Assembly: GCA_032117915.1 (NCBI GenBank)
Contig: JAULYI010000259.1
Location: 1-54,098, forward strand
DNA from: Candidatus Kapaibacterium sp.
GTDB taxonomy: Bacteria > Bacteroidota > Ignavibacteria > Kapaibacteriales > Kapaibacteriaceae
DNA: 54,098 nucleotides
Direction: 5' to 3'
This document shows positions 38,401 to 46,832 of this stretch, in pieces (the first letter of the stretch is position 1; each line of letters opens with the position of its first letter). Made by a program: the position numbers and the translations under genes. Under the pieces are notes generated by a model. It saw only the letters and a list, made by a program, of their open reading frames with translations, ran no database searches and had not been told where the DNA came from.

Positions 38401-38702
38401 AGCTCGACCTGCGTTTCTTGCAACGCATCCCTACAACGCGAAAGCAGTCACTTGAGATTTCGCTCGACATTCAAAATCTACTCAACCTTCTCAATGCAGA
38501 ATGGGGCCTGCAGCGGTTCGTGAACTTCCAGAGCTTCAACCTGTTTGGTCTTGGGCTTGTTGGCGGTAAGCCGTTCGACGAGCAAGGACGACTGCGTATG
38601 ACGTACACAGAACCGGTTACAAACGGCAGACCCGGCATCTACTTTACCGACAACTTCTTCTCACGGTGGCGCATGCAGCTTGGTGTGCGATACAATTTCT
38701 AA
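35433..38702 (+). CDS. TonB-dependent outer-membrane receptor with N-terminal carboxypeptidase-regulatory-like domain (Oar-type)
   Basis: Signal peptide MTTSRLLCFVMISIVSTVGVLAQ. CarboxypepD_reg-like segment TGSLGGRVQ..GATVKAVHVPTGATYGAIVRSNGAYTIKGMRTGGPYTVTASFIGYQS. A plug and a large barrel, 1089 aa in total. Terminal LGVRYNF with C-terminal Phe. Confidence 0.9.
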   Translation: MTTSRLLCFVMISIVSTVGVLAQGVTTGSLGGRVQRKDNGKTIPLSGATVKAVHVPTGATYGAIVRSNGAYTIKGMRTGGPYTVTASFIGYQSQSRTGITIRLGETSTTDFVLEESSTTTQDVVVKATQDPAFDRSKTGSGTVVTDQMIQAAPTINRSISDVARLNPYANQVQTAGSDGLQGVSIGGVNSRFNNFQVDGAVANDLFALSTAGTAGGQANANPISLDAIEELKVNVSPYDIRQSGFTGGLINAVTRGGTNTWTGSAFMYGRNQDFVGASPDANRRPFDEFSDLQLGGRIGGPILENKVLFHLTAETRQRRTPIEVGLNDPNALNNFPASSSVMDEIIRVARDRWNYDAGAWDPFIVRNNTVNLIGRIDWNISEHHKVQIRHNFTYALQDRNVQRTAVNFSLSSQGNEFTSINNQTVMQWNGILSDDLSNELRVSFTRTNDERVLGEDPFPQVRVQVASGVNVVLGPERSSQANALDQTQLAITDDLTWFVGDHNITIGTHNEFNWFNNLFIQDYYGSYQFPSIDAFRDGTPNQYQVSWANESVTGGEQRPRTTWSMMQVGLYLMDEWQVNDDLRLVGGFRVDAPIFTTTPYENPVFAARFPGRSTSEVPQLALLYSPRLGFNWDVSGDRTTQLRGGTGLFTGRVAAVWLSNQYGNTGMDVFRAAIGGNNSQNVIIGADGNPIEFDLRSDRTPRPGDSTFPGSISTSAINITDQNFRMPQVWRSTLGIDQRLADGLTLSIEGMYGAFLNTVDYANINLKPSGIGVSPIDGRPMYAGENGDSLVAREFTQVLLLRSRNEGYQYSVSGSINLADNNRWLPGLSAMLTYTYGHTYDLNSGQAATAISQWNGTDAIDPNNATIGRSNFDVPHRVVFNASYRHVWAPGYTTTVTLFYAGSSGRPFSLSYIQDYNGDNALGGNDLIYVPRAEDYNSKVVIVPPSGTDLRTPDQVWTQIMDLIDSNPVLKEYQGQILPRNALREPWVHQLDLRFLQRIPTTRKQSLEISLDIQNLLNLLNAEWGLQRFVNFQSFNLFGLGLVGGKPFDEQGRLRMTYTEPVTNGRPGIYFTDNFFSRWRMQLGVRYNF

Positions 38703-38710
38703 GGTGCCGT

Positions 38711-39394
38711 ATGAAGAACACAGCCATCATCCTGTTCCTGGTACTAACCCTTGTCGGTTGCAATGAATCCGTCCTGGAATTCCCTGTGCCGTTACCGGCA
38801 CGCGTTCGTGTTGTGAACACATCACGCGATGCCGACACCCTTAGCGTCATTATTGATTCGACCACGTCACTCAAGGTGGCTCGTGGTACCGTCAGCGATA
38901 TCACCGAGGTAGGTGCGGGACGTCCAATCACGTTTCTGGTGACCTATCGCGATGTGCTGATCGGCCGAGATACGGCTAGGTACACGTTGGGCGCTAAGGG
39001 ATCCATCGTCCTCTTCGCCCGTGGTTCCAAGAATAAGCTTGTGTCGTTCAACAGCCCCGTGCAGGACACGGCGCTTGCAGTCGACGAGCCCAATGCCTTC
39101 GTCAAGTTCACGAACGCTAGTGAGTATGACTTTGTCGAGGCCGGCGGTCTGGTCGAGGTCTTCACGGGCACCGGTGACAAGGTCTTTAAGGAACAGTATC
39201 CGCCCGACATCACCTCGCCACGCTGGTCTCGCATAGCGCCGGGCACATATACGTTCATTCTTCGTGAGGCTGGTACGACACGCGAACTGGCACGGCTCGA
39301 CAATGTTCTGCTCAAAGCCGGTGCATCGTACATGCTCTTCAGCTACGACCGAAATCCTCCGACACTTGACGATATTGGACTGGCCATTTTCTAA
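38711..39394 (+). CDS. DUF4397-like lipoprotein
   Basis: ORF 38666..39394. ATG 38711 gives MKNTAIILFLVLTLVGC (lipobox). ARVRVVNTSRDADTLSVIID and repeated beta-rich segments resemble the DUF4397 pattern (lRvvhaspdap.vdv..dg). It starts 8 nt after the receptor gene. Confidence 0.65.
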   Translation: MKNTAIILFLVLTLVGCNESVLEFPVPLPARVRVVNTSRDADTLSVIIDSTTSLKVARGTVSDITEVGAGRPITFLVTYRDVLIGRDTARYTLGAKGSIVLFARGSKNKLVSFNSPVQDTALAVDEPNAFVKFTNASEYDFVEAGGLVEVFTGTGDKVFKEQYPPDITSPRWSRIAPGTYTFILREAGTTRELARLDNVLLKAGASYMLFSYDRNPPTLDDIGLAIF

Positions 39395-39419
39395 CGACAC
39401 ACCACACAGGATCCTTTCA

Positions 39420-41231
39420 ATGTCCATTCGAATTCTTTCTGCAGCGATCGTTGCGCTAGCGGCACCGATCATGCTCTCGGCTCAGGAGCCGACGCCGCTG
39501 GCAACGGCCCGCCAGCAGGCCTTTGGAACCAAGGTCACAAAGGTCGCAGGTCGAATCACGGCCGGTGCATCGCTCTTCCGTAACACGGCATTCCTGCAGG
39601 ATGCCTCTGCCGGCATCGCCGTCTTCAACCGCTCGTTCCGTGAGGGTGTCCGTGTTGGAGACAGCGTGGTCCTCGAGAACGCTAACCTGACGGAGTTCGG
39701 CCAGACAAGCGGACAGCCCGGAACGGGTATCACCCAGCTTACGGGTGATTCGATCCGCTTCACGGTCATTCCCGTCGAGCGTCGCGAACCGCAGCCACGC
39801 ACCGTGGCAATCCCCCGTGTGTCGGGCCCGTCCGGCGAAGAGTACGAAGGACAACTCGTACGTCTGCGCAACGTCCGATTCGTCCAGCAGGGCCTCTTCC
39901 AGGGCGAGACCACGTATCAGATCGTTGATGCCTTTGGTAACGACGTTGATATACGTCTTGACGGCGGCACAGAGATCGCCATCAATAACCTTACGATCCC
40001 TACGGGTGAGATCGACCTGATCGGCCTTGTTGGACAGTTCCGTGGCAACTACCAGATCCAGCCGCGGTTCGCCACGGACATCGGTCTGCCGCCGCTCGAA
40101 AAGGATACAGTCTCCCGCGCAAACACGCTCGACCTCACCACGTGGAATCTCGAATGGCTCGGCTTCCCGGACACCACACGCGGCCCAAGTGACAAGGACC
40201 GTCAGTTTCGAAGCATCCGCCAGGTCATGGACAGCATTCGCGCCGACCTGTACGGTGTGCAGGAAGTCCTGAGCAACGAAGCACTCCTCCGTATCTCGGA
40301 CTCTCTGACTGGCTCCTACAAGTCCGCATTTGCCGCCGACGTTCCGTCTGAGCAGAAAATGGGCTGGATCTACAACAGCGACGTCGTCACGCCGGTCTCG
40401 ACCGGTCTTGCCGTTTGCGGTGCCGGCGACGCCTGGGCCGGCGGACGTTTCCCGTTCCGTATGACCTTCGACACTAAGGTCGGCAGCGAGACCGTTCGCA
40501 TGGTTGCCTTCGTCATCCACGCCAAGGCCTCGACCGATACGGTCAACCCTAAAAACGATTATGATCGACGCAAGAATGACGGTGAGGTCTTCTACAACTA
40601 CCTCACAGAGTTTTACAAAGACTCGAACGTCATCATTATCGGCGACTTCAACGATGACATGACGACGTCGGTGATCGATTCCACACTCGTCACGCCGTGG
40701 ACGGCCTTCACCACGGACAAGGCCAACTACAACGTTCTTACGCTGCCCCTGAGCGAGCGCGGCCTTGTTTCGTACATCGGCTTCAACCGTTCATTCCTCG
40801 ACCATATCGTTGTCTCGAACGAAGTCACCCCCTTCGTCCACCGCACCTACATCGAAGCGCCTCAGGCCTACATGTCGTCGTACGGCAGCACGGTCTCTGA
40901 CCACCTTCCCGTCACCGTCCGCCTGCGCACGAATAGCACGATCAGCAGCGTCAACGAAGACGAAACTTCGTTCAGCGGCAGCCTTCGCCTTTCACCCAAC
41001 CCCATGACATCAGGGGGTGTTGCGGAACTGTCGATCACCGCTCCAGGACACGTTCGCGCCGACATCCTCGATATGATGGGGCGCACGGTTTCCGTCCTCA
41101 CCGACGAACATGCCGCTGCGTCAACCCGCATCCTGCCTATCGACGCTTCCTCGCTCTCGGCCGGAGCTTACATGCTCCGCGTGAGCATCAACGGAGCAAC
41201 AACAACCTCGCGCTTCGTTGTGAACCGCTAA
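39420..41231 (+). CDS. Secreted endonuclease/exonuclease/phosphatase (EEP)-family nuclease with OB-fold-like N-terminal domains and T9SS C-terminal sorting domain
   Basis: ORF 39264..41231. ATG 39420 gives the signal peptide MSIRILSAAIVALAAPIMLSAQ. EEP motifs LTTWNLEWLG, LYGVQEV, IIGDFND, SDHLPV. The C-terminus RLSPNPMTSGGVAELSI...GAYMLRVSINGATTTSRFVVNR is a Por_Secre_tail-type domain. Confidence 0.85.
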   Translation: MSIRILSAAIVALAAPIMLSAQEPTPLATARQQAFGTKVTKVAGRITAGASLFRNTAFLQDASAGIAVFNRSFREGVRVGDSVVLENANLTEFGQTSGQPGTGITQLTGDSIRFTVIPVERREPQPRTVAIPRVSGPSGEEYEGQLVRLRNVRFVQQGLFQGETTYQIVDAFGNDVDIRLDGGTEIAINNLTIPTGEIDLIGLVGQFRGNYQIQPRFATDIGLPPLEKDTVSRANTLDLTTWNLEWLGFPDTTRGPSDKDRQFRSIRQVMDSIRADLYGVQEVLSNEALLRISDSLTGSYKSAFAADVPSEQKMGWIYNSDVVTPVSTGLAVCGAGDAWAGGRFPFRMTFDTKVGSETVRMVAFVIHAKASTDTVNPKNDYDRRKNDGEVFYNYLTEFYKDSNVIIIGDFNDDMTTSVIDSTLVTPWTAFTTDKANYNVLTLPLSERGLVSYIGFNRSFLDHIVVSNEVTPFVHRTYIEAPQAYMSSYGSTVSDHLPVTVRLRTNSTISSVNEDETSFSGSLRLSPNPMTSGGVAELSITAPGHVRADILDMMGRTVSVLTDEHAAASTRILPIDASSLSAGAYMLRVSINGATTTSRFVVNR

Positions 41232-41257
41232 TCGTTCTCAGCACCATAGGCGCTAGC

Positions 41258-41293
41258 ACACAGCCCACGCATCTGCGTGGGCTGTGTTGTTTT
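41258..41293 (+). terminator. Rho-independent terminator after the nuclease gene
   Basis: Perfect 13-bp stem acacagcccacgc / gcgtgggctgtgt (41258..41270 and 41275..41287), 4-nt loop atct, followed by tgtttt. It lies 27 nt after the stop at 41231. Confidence 0.8.
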
Positions 41294-41397
41294 GGACCGT
41301 TCCACCTCTCGCTTTTTCGCCCCCGGATGAATCCGGAGGTTATGTTCTTGATGTGTTCGGGGGCGTTGCGGTATCACCTTTTCACCTTTTCGCCTTC

Positions 41398-42120
41398 CTA
41401 CGCCATGACCGCGGCAGCGATGAGCACAATGGCTGCGGTTTCTGTGCGAAGGCGGTTATCACCGATACGCCACATCACGGGGTTGCGCGTTGCGATGTGC
41501 GCCTGCTCTTCGGATGCGAAGCCACCCTCGGGACCAACAAGAATCAGAGCGGGGACGCTGCAGGAGCTTGGTGTGGACCCGTACTGGTCACCGACGATGA
41601 CCGTCGCATCAGGGAAGGTATCGAGACAGGTGTGCACGCTGATCGGACCTATGAGTTCGGGCATCCAGGCTCTGCCAGACTGTATCATGGCCGCCTCTGC
41701 CTTCTGCAGGAGACGCTCCATACGGATGGTATGACGCTGCGAGCGCTGACAGTCGAGCAGCACAATGCGACGCACACCGAGCTCCGTGCACTTCTCGATG
41801 GCAAACTCCATGCGGTCTCGATTGTCGAGCACGCCGATAGCAATGGTCAGATCGACCGGCGGAGCCACGTCCTCGACCAGGCGAACGCTAACGACACACG
41901 TCGTGCGAGTGGCCGTAACCACGCGGCCCTCAGCCCGGCCGCCTCGACCGTCCAATAAACCAACAGCTTCACCCTCGCGCAAGCGCAAGGCAAGGGCATG
42001 CCGGAGTGTGTCGCCCGTGAGCGTCAGCGGTAATCCCGCCTTCGGTGTGTGGTCAATTCGCAGCCAGTCCATGCCCCCAAAATGCCGTATTTTTCCGAGG
42101 AATTCAGTACTACCGCACAT
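41398..42120 (-). CDS. rsmE: 16S rRNA (uracil1498-N3)-methyltransferase
   Basis: ORF 41398..42243. Start is ATG 42120 (keeps KIRHF.. equivalent to the family N-terminal RFF strand) or ATG 42072. C-terminal LILVGPEGGFASEE...RIGDNRLRTETAAI is the RsmE SPOUT signature. Confidence 0.85.
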   Translation of the reverse strand: MCGSTEFLGKIRHFGGMDWLRIDHTPKAGLPLTLTGDTLRHALALRLREGEAVGLLDGRGGRAEGRVVTATRTTCVVSVRLVEDVAPPVDLTIAIGVLDNRDRMEFAIEKCTELGVRRIVLLDCQRSQRHTIRMERLLQKAEAAMIQSGRAWMPELIGPISVHTCLDTFPDATVIVGDQYGSTPSSCSVPALILVGPEGGFASEEQAHIATRNPVMWRIGDNRLRTETAAIVLIAAAVMA

Positions 42121-42126
42121 ACCTCC

Positions 42127-42903
42127 ATGACATACGAATGCATAGAATGCTACACGCCGCAACCCGGTGTTGGAGCGATTCGCCTTAACCGACCCGCCGT
42201 GCTGAACGCGCTCAGCCTGCGTACCATGATCGAACTCGTGCACGCCTTTGAGACGTTCGATGCCGATGCTGGCGTGCGCTGCATCGTGCTACACGGAAAT
42301 GATAGGGCCTTCGCTGCAGGAGCCGACATCACGGAGATGTCCGACGCCGATGCCGTGACCATGCTCGAGCGCGATCAGTTTGCACGATGGGAACGGATCC
42401 GGCAGACGAAGACCCCGATCATTGCCGCCGTAAGCGGCTTTGCCCTGGGTGGAGGCTGCGAACTGGCCATGCTATGCGATATGATCGTGGCTTCAGAGAC
42501 GGCACAATTCGGACAACCCGAGATCAACATCGGCGCCATGCCCGGAGCCGGTGGCACCCAGCGCCTTACGCGCGCCGTTGGTAAGGCACTGGCCATGGAA
42601 ATCGTACTCACGGGGCGCATGATCTCTGCCCAGCAGGCTTATCAGGCAGGCCTCGTTAATCGCGTCGTACCCGTCGAGGTCTATCTGGATGAGGCCCTTG
42701 CATTGGCAAAGGACGTTGCCTCGAAAGCTCCGATCGCATCACGGTTGGCAAAGGAGGCCGTCCTCAAGGCCTTTAGCTCAACCCTCGAAGGCGGTCTAGA
42801 ATTCGAACGCAAGAACTTCTATTTGCTCTTCGCAACTGAGGACCAGAAGGAAGGCATGAAGGCCTTTGTCGAAAAACGCAAACCCACGTGGAAAGGAAAG
42901 TGA
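42127..42903 (+). CDS. Enoyl-CoA hydratase (crotonase family)
   Basis: ORF 42049..42903, start ATG 42127 ([23 protein letters not shown]). [61 protein letters not shown]. Confidence 0.9.
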   Translation: MTYECIECYTPQPGVGAIRLNRPAVLNALSLRTMIELVHAFETFDADAGVRCIVLHGNDRAFAAGADITEMSDADAVTMLERDQFARWERIRQTKTPIIAAVSGFALGGGCELAMLCDMIVASETAQFGQPEINIGAMPGAGGTQRLTRAVGKALAMEIVLTGRMISAQQAYQAGLVNRVVPVEVYLDEALALAKDVASKAPIASRLAKEAVLKAFSSTLEGGLEFERKNFYLLFATEDQKEGMKAFVEKRKPTWKGK

Positions 42904-42907
42904 CATT

Positions 42908-43696
42908 ATGAACTTCGAAACGATCCTGTACACGATCGATCAAGGCGTAGGAACGATCATGCTGAACCGCCCCGATTCGTTTAACGCCGCGAACGAGCAA
43001 CTGACGACGGACCTGCAGGCTGCACTGGCCGACGCTACCACGAATGAGGCGGTACGCTGCGTGGTCCTTACCGGGGCCGGCAAGGCCTTCTGCTCCGGAC
43101 AGGACCTGAAGGATGCACCCAAGCCAGGCGATACGAAGCGCGACCTGCGCGACTCGTTGAACCGTCGCTATAATCCCATCATTCGCGCGATGCGCGCCAT
43201 GCCGAAGCCCATTATCGCCGGCATCAACGGCGTAGCTGCCGGCGCAGGACTGTCGTTGGCCCTTGCTGCCGATATGCGCATCATGAGCGCTAGCGCACGC
43301 CTTGTCGAAGCGTTTGTTGGTATCGCCCTGATCCCGGACAGTGGTGCTACGTACTTCTATCCGCGTATGCTTGGATATGCCAAGGCATTCGAGTTTGCAA
43401 CGCTGAACAAGCCGATCCCCGCCGACGAAGCACTGCGACTTGGACTGGTCAACATGGTGGTTGCACCGGCTGCCTTTAACGCAGCTCTGCAGAAAATGGC
43501 TACACAGTACGCTCAGGGACCAACGCAGACATACGGCTTCGTCAAGCATTTGCTGCAACAAGGAATGACGGCAACGCTCGACGAGATGCTCGAGGCCGAA
43601 GCAGACTATCAGCAGCGGGCCGGCACGTCGTACGACTACTCCGAAGGAGTCTCTGCCTTCATTGAAAAGCGGAAGCCTGTCTTCCGCGGACAGTAA
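42908..43696 (+). CDS. Enoyl-CoA hydratase/isomerase family protein (PaaG-like)
   Basis: ORF 42866..43696, start ATG 42908 (MNFETILYTIDQGVGTIMLNRP). AFCSGQDLKD, AGINGVAAGAGLSLALAADMRI, EGVSAFIEKRKPVF. Confidence 0.85.
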   Translation: MNFETILYTIDQGVGTIMLNRPDSFNAANEQLTTDLQAALADATTNEAVRCVVLTGAGKAFCSGQDLKDAPKPGDTKRDLRDSLNRRYNPIIRAMRAMPKPIIAGINGVAAGAGLSLALAADMRIMSASARLVEAFVGIALIPDSGATYFYPRMLGYAKAFEFATLNKPIPADEALRLGLVNMVVAPAAFNAALQKMATQYAQGPTQTYGFVKHLLQQGMTATLDEMLEAEADYQQRAGTSYDYSEGVSAFIEKRKPVFRGQ

Positions 43697-43707
43697 CAGG
43701 ACACACC

Positions 43708-45912
43708 ATGGCAAGAGCCAGACAAACGCTGTTTGACCAGATTAAGGATGAGCAGCGCCCAACAGCGTCTACGGGCTGGAATCACTCCCCCGTTGTACGT
43801 TGGATCATGATCGCTCTTGCGCTGACGGGTACGGCAGCGTTCTACCCGGGACGCAGCGGCGATACGACCCGGAAGGTAGCCGACGCGACGATGCTGGGGA
43901 CGATCTGGACAGAAGAAACGGTGGTCGCCGAATACGCCTTCCCCGTCCGCAAGGCCGAGCGTCTGCTGACCGCCGAGCGCGACAGCGCTCGCGTTTCCAC
44001 GCCTGACATCCTGCTGCGCCGATCCGATGGCTCGGCACAGCGCGCCAACGAGGACGTCGATCGCATCACTCGGGCCTTGGATCGCAACACGGAGATCCCC
44101 GGTGTGAGCGCAGCACTCAGCGCAAAACTCAAAGGACTTGACGCAGCCTCGGTACGAGCCTTACAGCAGTCTCTGCTCAGTGATGGCCGCCGTATCATCG
44201 AGCAGGCCTACCGCCATGGCGTAGTGAACAATCTGAGCGCTGCTCCTAGGTCTGCCATCGTCAGCCTTCGCGATGGCGGTCGCGAACAGCTACTACCTCG
44301 CGCAGAGGTCACCGATGCCACGCGTCTGCAGGATCTTGGGAAGAGTGGCCTGCAGCTTCCTGCTCCTTTGCAGGCTATCGGCATCGAGATCATTCGTGTC
44401 GTCTGCAGACCCAACCTGGTGTATGACGAGCAACTGACAGCACGAACGCGCGAAGACGCTGCTGTCTCGGTACCGAGAACCCTAGAATTCGTGCGTCAGG
44501 GTGACGTGATCGTTAGAAAAACACAGAGAATCGACCAGCGCATCCTTGAGCGCCTTAGTGCCTACCGAGAAGCAATGTATGCTCGAAGCGACCTGTCGCT
44601 TTCATGGATGGTCATTCTCGGATCCATTCTTCATGCAGCATCAGTCCTAGCTATCCTGATCATCTACCTGCTCTATCTGCGACGTCGATCGTGGGAACGA
44701 AATGGTCAGCTGGCCAGCTTGCTGTCGCTGCCTGTGATAACGGCTGCTATGTCATGGGCCACCGTTCAGGCTCCCGGTACGCTGCCGCTGGAATACGTGA
44801 TCGTGATCCCTGCCCTGTCGATGCTCGTAAGCGTGCTGTACGAGGCTCGCACGGCCTTCATCCTGACGCTTGTGATGTCCCTGACGCTTGCCGGTGTGCG
44901 CGGCCACGACCATGCGGCGGGCCTCGTGATGCTGATCGCCGGCATGCTTGCTGCCTATTCGACAACGAACATTCAGAGTCGTACACAGATCTTTCGATCG
45001 CTGCTCTTTGTCTTCATCGGCATGACGGTGTCGATCCTTGGCGTTGACCTTGAGCGTGCAACCCCGTTCGACACGACGCTACTCAAGTTGATGTTCGGCA
45101 CTGCCAACGCCATCGTTTCGCCTCTGATCACCTTCGGTGTGATCATTGCCATGGAACGCTTTTTTAAGCTGGCTACGGACCTGCGTGTCGATGAGTTCGA
45201 CACCTCGACGCATCCGTTACTCAAGCAGCTGAACGAACGGGCACCGGGAACGTATCAGCATACGATGTCGGTGGCTCGGCTTGCAGAAGCTGCGGCACGT
45301 GATATTGGCGCAAATGCATTATTGACAAAGGTTGGTGCACTGTATCACGATATCGGCAAACTCGAGAAGTCAGAGTACTTCGTCGAGAATCAGATGGATA
45401 TCGGGAACAAACACGATAAGCTTCCGCCAAAGCGCAGCGCAGCCATTATCCGACAGCATGTACAGGACGGTATAGAGCTAGCCAAGGAGTACGGCCTGCC
45501 GGAGCGCATCTGGAAGTTCATCCCCATGCATCACGGCACGGTACTTATTAAACACTTTTACAACAGCGCCCTCGACGAGTCGCTGTTGAAGGATGCCGTG
45601 GTAGACGAGGCAGACTATCGGTATCCGGGACCGATCCCGGATTCCCGTGAGACGGCCATCGTGATGCTTGCCGATGCCGCTGAGGCCCTGTCACGCCTTG
45701 TTGACACCAGTCAGCGCGATGAGATCGACGCAGCCGTCGAACAGATCATCATCGATCGCTTCGTCGATGGTCAGCTCGACAATTCGGAATTGACGATCAC
45801 CGAATTGTCCGTCATCCGCGAGTCATTTGTTCGGAATCTGCTTGGCACAACGCATCAGCGCGTACGCTATAAAGAACAGCCCGGCTCTCCAGCTCAGCCA
45901 CGTCCGGCATGA
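43708..45912 (+). CDS. 7TM-receptor with intracellular HD/HDIG hydrolase domain (7TMR-HD; PgpH/YqfF family)
   Basis: N-terminal extracytoplasmic domain after one TM helix, a seven-helix block (residues ~290-480), then an HD domain with HTMSVARLAEAAA, GALYHDIGK, HVQDG, IPMHHG, ADAAEA. Confidence 0.88.
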   Translation: MARARQTLFDQIKDEQRPTASTGWNHSPVVRWIMIALALTGTAAFYPGRSGDTTRKVADATMLGTIWTEETVVAEYAFPVRKAERLLTAERDSARVSTPDILLRRSDGSAQRANEDVDRITRALDRNTEIPGVSAALSAKLKGLDAASVRALQQSLLSDGRRIIEQAYRHGVVNNLSAAPRSAIVSLRDGGREQLLPRAEVTDATRLQDLGKSGLQLPAPLQAIGIEIIRVVCRPNLVYDEQLTARTREDAAVSVPRTLEFVRQGDVIVRKTQRIDQRILERLSAYREAMYARSDLSLSWMVILGSILHAASVLAILIIYLLYLRRRSWERNGQLASLLSLPVITAAMSWATVQAPGTLPLEYVIVIPALSMLVSVLYEARTAFILTLVMSLTLAGVRGHDHAAGLVMLIAGMLAAYSTTNIQSRTQIFRSLLFVFIGMTVSILGVDLERATPFDTTLLKLMFGTANAIVSPLITFGVIIAMERFFKLATDLRVDEFDTSTHPLLKQLNERAPGTYQHTMSVARLAEAAARDIGANALLTKVGALYHDIGKLEKSEYFVENQMDIGNKHDKLPPKRSAAIIRQHVQDGIELAKEYGLPERIWKFIPMHHGTVLIKHFYNSALDESLLKDAVVDEADYRYPGPIPDSRETAIVMLADAAEALSRLVDTSQRDEIDAAVEQIIIDRFVDGQLDNSELTITELSVIRESFVRNLLGTTHQRVRYKEQPGSPAQPRPA

Positions 45913-46832
45913 CATCGGCCTCATCACTGCCCCCTTCCCTGCACCGTGATGTGCACCACTTCATCCAGTACCTGCGCCTAGAGCGCGGTCTGGCCGAGAC
46001 GTCGATCGCTGCCTATGCACACGATGTGAGGACGTTCGCGGAGTTCCTTGCGTCAAAGGATATGACGACGTTTGCAGCCGTGTCTCTTGCCGATGCACGT
46101 CAATTCTTTGTGGTTCTCGCCGATGCCGGTATCGCACCCTCTAGTCGAGCACGCTACCTGAGCTCGATCAAGCACCTGTATCGCTACCTGGTTGGCATCG
46201 GACGCAGCACGATCGATATCACGGAGGCCATCGATCAGCCGCGTGGTGGACGTCGTTTGCCGGACGCATTGTCGGTGGAGGATATGACGACCCTGCTGAC
46301 ATCGATCGATACATCAACAGCATACGGTATGCGTGACCGCGCCATGCTGGAAACGATGTATGCATGTGGACTGCGTGTAAGCGAGACCATAGGTCTTCGG
46401 CAGCGAGACGTTCTGGCCGACGTCGAGCTCGTCCGCGTCTACGGAAAGGGATCAAAAGAACGCCTGGTTCCGATCGGCCAGTCGGCACTTGACTGGATCC
46501 ATCGCTATCGCATGGAAGCTCGCGGCAGACTCATTCGCACTGCGGACACGGACGACATGCTGTTCCTGAACCATCGCGGGAAAGGACTCTCGCGCATGGG
46601 CCTATGGAAGATCATCACGACCGCCGCCGGAACCGCCGGCCTAAGCCAGCACGTACATCCACACATGTTCCGTCACTCATTTGCCACGCACTTGCTGGAG
46701 GGCGGTGCAGACCTGCGTGCCGTCCAGGAGATGCTCGGACATTCGGACATCGCTACCACGCAGATCTATACGCACGTTGACCGTGCCTACATCAAAGAAG
46801 TCCACACCCTATTCCATCCCCGGTCACGCTGA
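45909..46832 (+). CDS. xerD: Site-specific tyrosine recombinase XerD/XerC type
   Basis: N-terminal SAM-like domain FIQYLRLERGLAETSIAAYAHDVRTF. Catalytic residues in RDRAMLETMYACGLRVSE, HPHMFRHSFATHLLEGGADLRAVQEMLGHSDIATTQIYTHV. ATGA overlap with the upstream gene. Confidence 0.88.
   Translation: MTSASSLPPSLHRDVHHFIQYLRLERGLAETSIAAYAHDVRTFAEFLASKDMTTFAAVSLADARQFFVVLADAGIAPSSRARYLSSIKHLYRYLVGIGRSTIDITEAIDQPRGGRRLPDALSVEDMTTLLTSIDTSTAYGMRDRAMLETMYACGLRVSETIGLRQRDVLADVELVRVYGKGSKERLVPIGQSALDWIHRYRMEARGRLIRTADTDDMLFLNHRGKGLSRMGLWKIITTAAGTAGLSQHVHPHMFRHSFATHLLEGGADLRAVQEMLGHSDIATTQIYTHVDRAYIKEVHTLFHPRSR

Noticed and set aside
39456-40520. 354-aa ORF antisense to the T9SS nuclease gene
   Set aside because: Same reasoning. 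The sense strand encodes EEP catalytic motifs in order, and the antisense product is Arg/Asp/Gly-rich with no family resemblance.
42773-43714. 313-aa ORF antisense to the second crotonase gene
   Set aside because: The opposite strand encodes a full-length crotonase-fold protein with canonical motifs. The antisense translation has no motif and abnormal Cys/Arg content.
45909-46832. Tyrosine recombinase as marker of an integrated mobile element
   Set aside because: The sequence has the XerC/XerD housekeeping pattern. It is stop-start overlapped with flanking non-mobile genes. I could find no flanking direct or inverted repeats, tRNA, phage or transposon genes.
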